Assembly: GCA_047495785.1 (NCBI GenBank)
Contig: JBLDXI010000033.1
Location: 2,852,001-2,916,000 of the forward strand
Source: Lepidodermella squamata
Taxonomy: Eukaryota > Animalia > Gastrotricha
Length of the DNA: 64,000 nt
Reading direction: 5' to 3'
Shown one piece after another: positions 63,699 through 64,000 of this stretch (positions are counted from its first letter, which is position 1; each line of letters starts with the position of its first letter). A model generated the notes under the pieces. It ran no database searches. It saw nothing but the letters and a program-made list of their open reading frames with translations, and was not told where the DNA came from. The position numbers and the translations under genes are program-made.

Positions 63699-64000
63699 CG
63701 ACACACACTCCGTGTTCGCTTACGCGGTTGTAAGGGGACCAGGAGGAGAGATGGGAGGTGGACTCGCTCCCTATACGGCGTTTTCCGGTAGCAGATTTTG
63801 TGCTTGATCCGAGGTGATTTTTGTCGGCGGCGGCGTAGGTTGAGCTATTTGTAAGCGGCCGAGCGCTTCAGTTGGAGTTTTAATTGTTGCCTCGTACGAT
63901 TTTACTTGAGCTGGAAATATGGGCTTTATATAAATTTGAATATGGAGGAAAATCGCTATTTACCTAGTAGTGCTTCACACGATGCGCAAGAAACGGCAGG

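Noticed and set aside
1-64000. CRISPR arrays, prokaryotic operons or horizontally acquired genes
   Set aside because: No repeat-spacer arrays; all recognisable genes are intron-containing animal-type genes or eukaryotic transposon relics

Overview
Eukaryotic (invertebrate animal) genomic DNA with compact, intron-containing genes (most introns ~53-70 nt); the taxon cannot be fixed from this window. Left to right: 3' part of an RZ-family RGS gene (+); a LINE 3' fragment; MNK kinase and RAD23 in tight tandem (-); RAD21-family kleisin (+); a divergent COX15 (+) with two DNA-transposon insertions in its introns; an orphan PPxY-rich membrane protein (+); protein 4.1/coracle (-); RPL3 (+) hosting a U83-type C/D snoRNA. 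The last ~12 kb is transposon-rich (CR1/L2-, Penelope-, RTE-like and hAT relics, a foldback MITE) and holds a 1.1-kb cluster of eight tRNA genes, pseudogenes or fragments embedded in a dispersed repeat. Best leads: (1) operon-like RAD23>MNK geometry plus splice acceptors just upstream of start codons, suggesting spliced-leader trans-splicing; (2) a COX15 whose catalytic N-terminal half has lost the ExxHR histidine and gained new histidines; (3) a structured RPL3 intron 3 with a PTC-generating alternative acceptor; (4) an inverted-repeat-bounded element carrying a spliced antisense mini-gene; (5) a tRNA cluster present in one repeat copy and absent in the other; (6) a RAD21 with no ExxR separase site. 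All gene models were built by eye from ORFs, splice signals and remembered homology, with no database searches.
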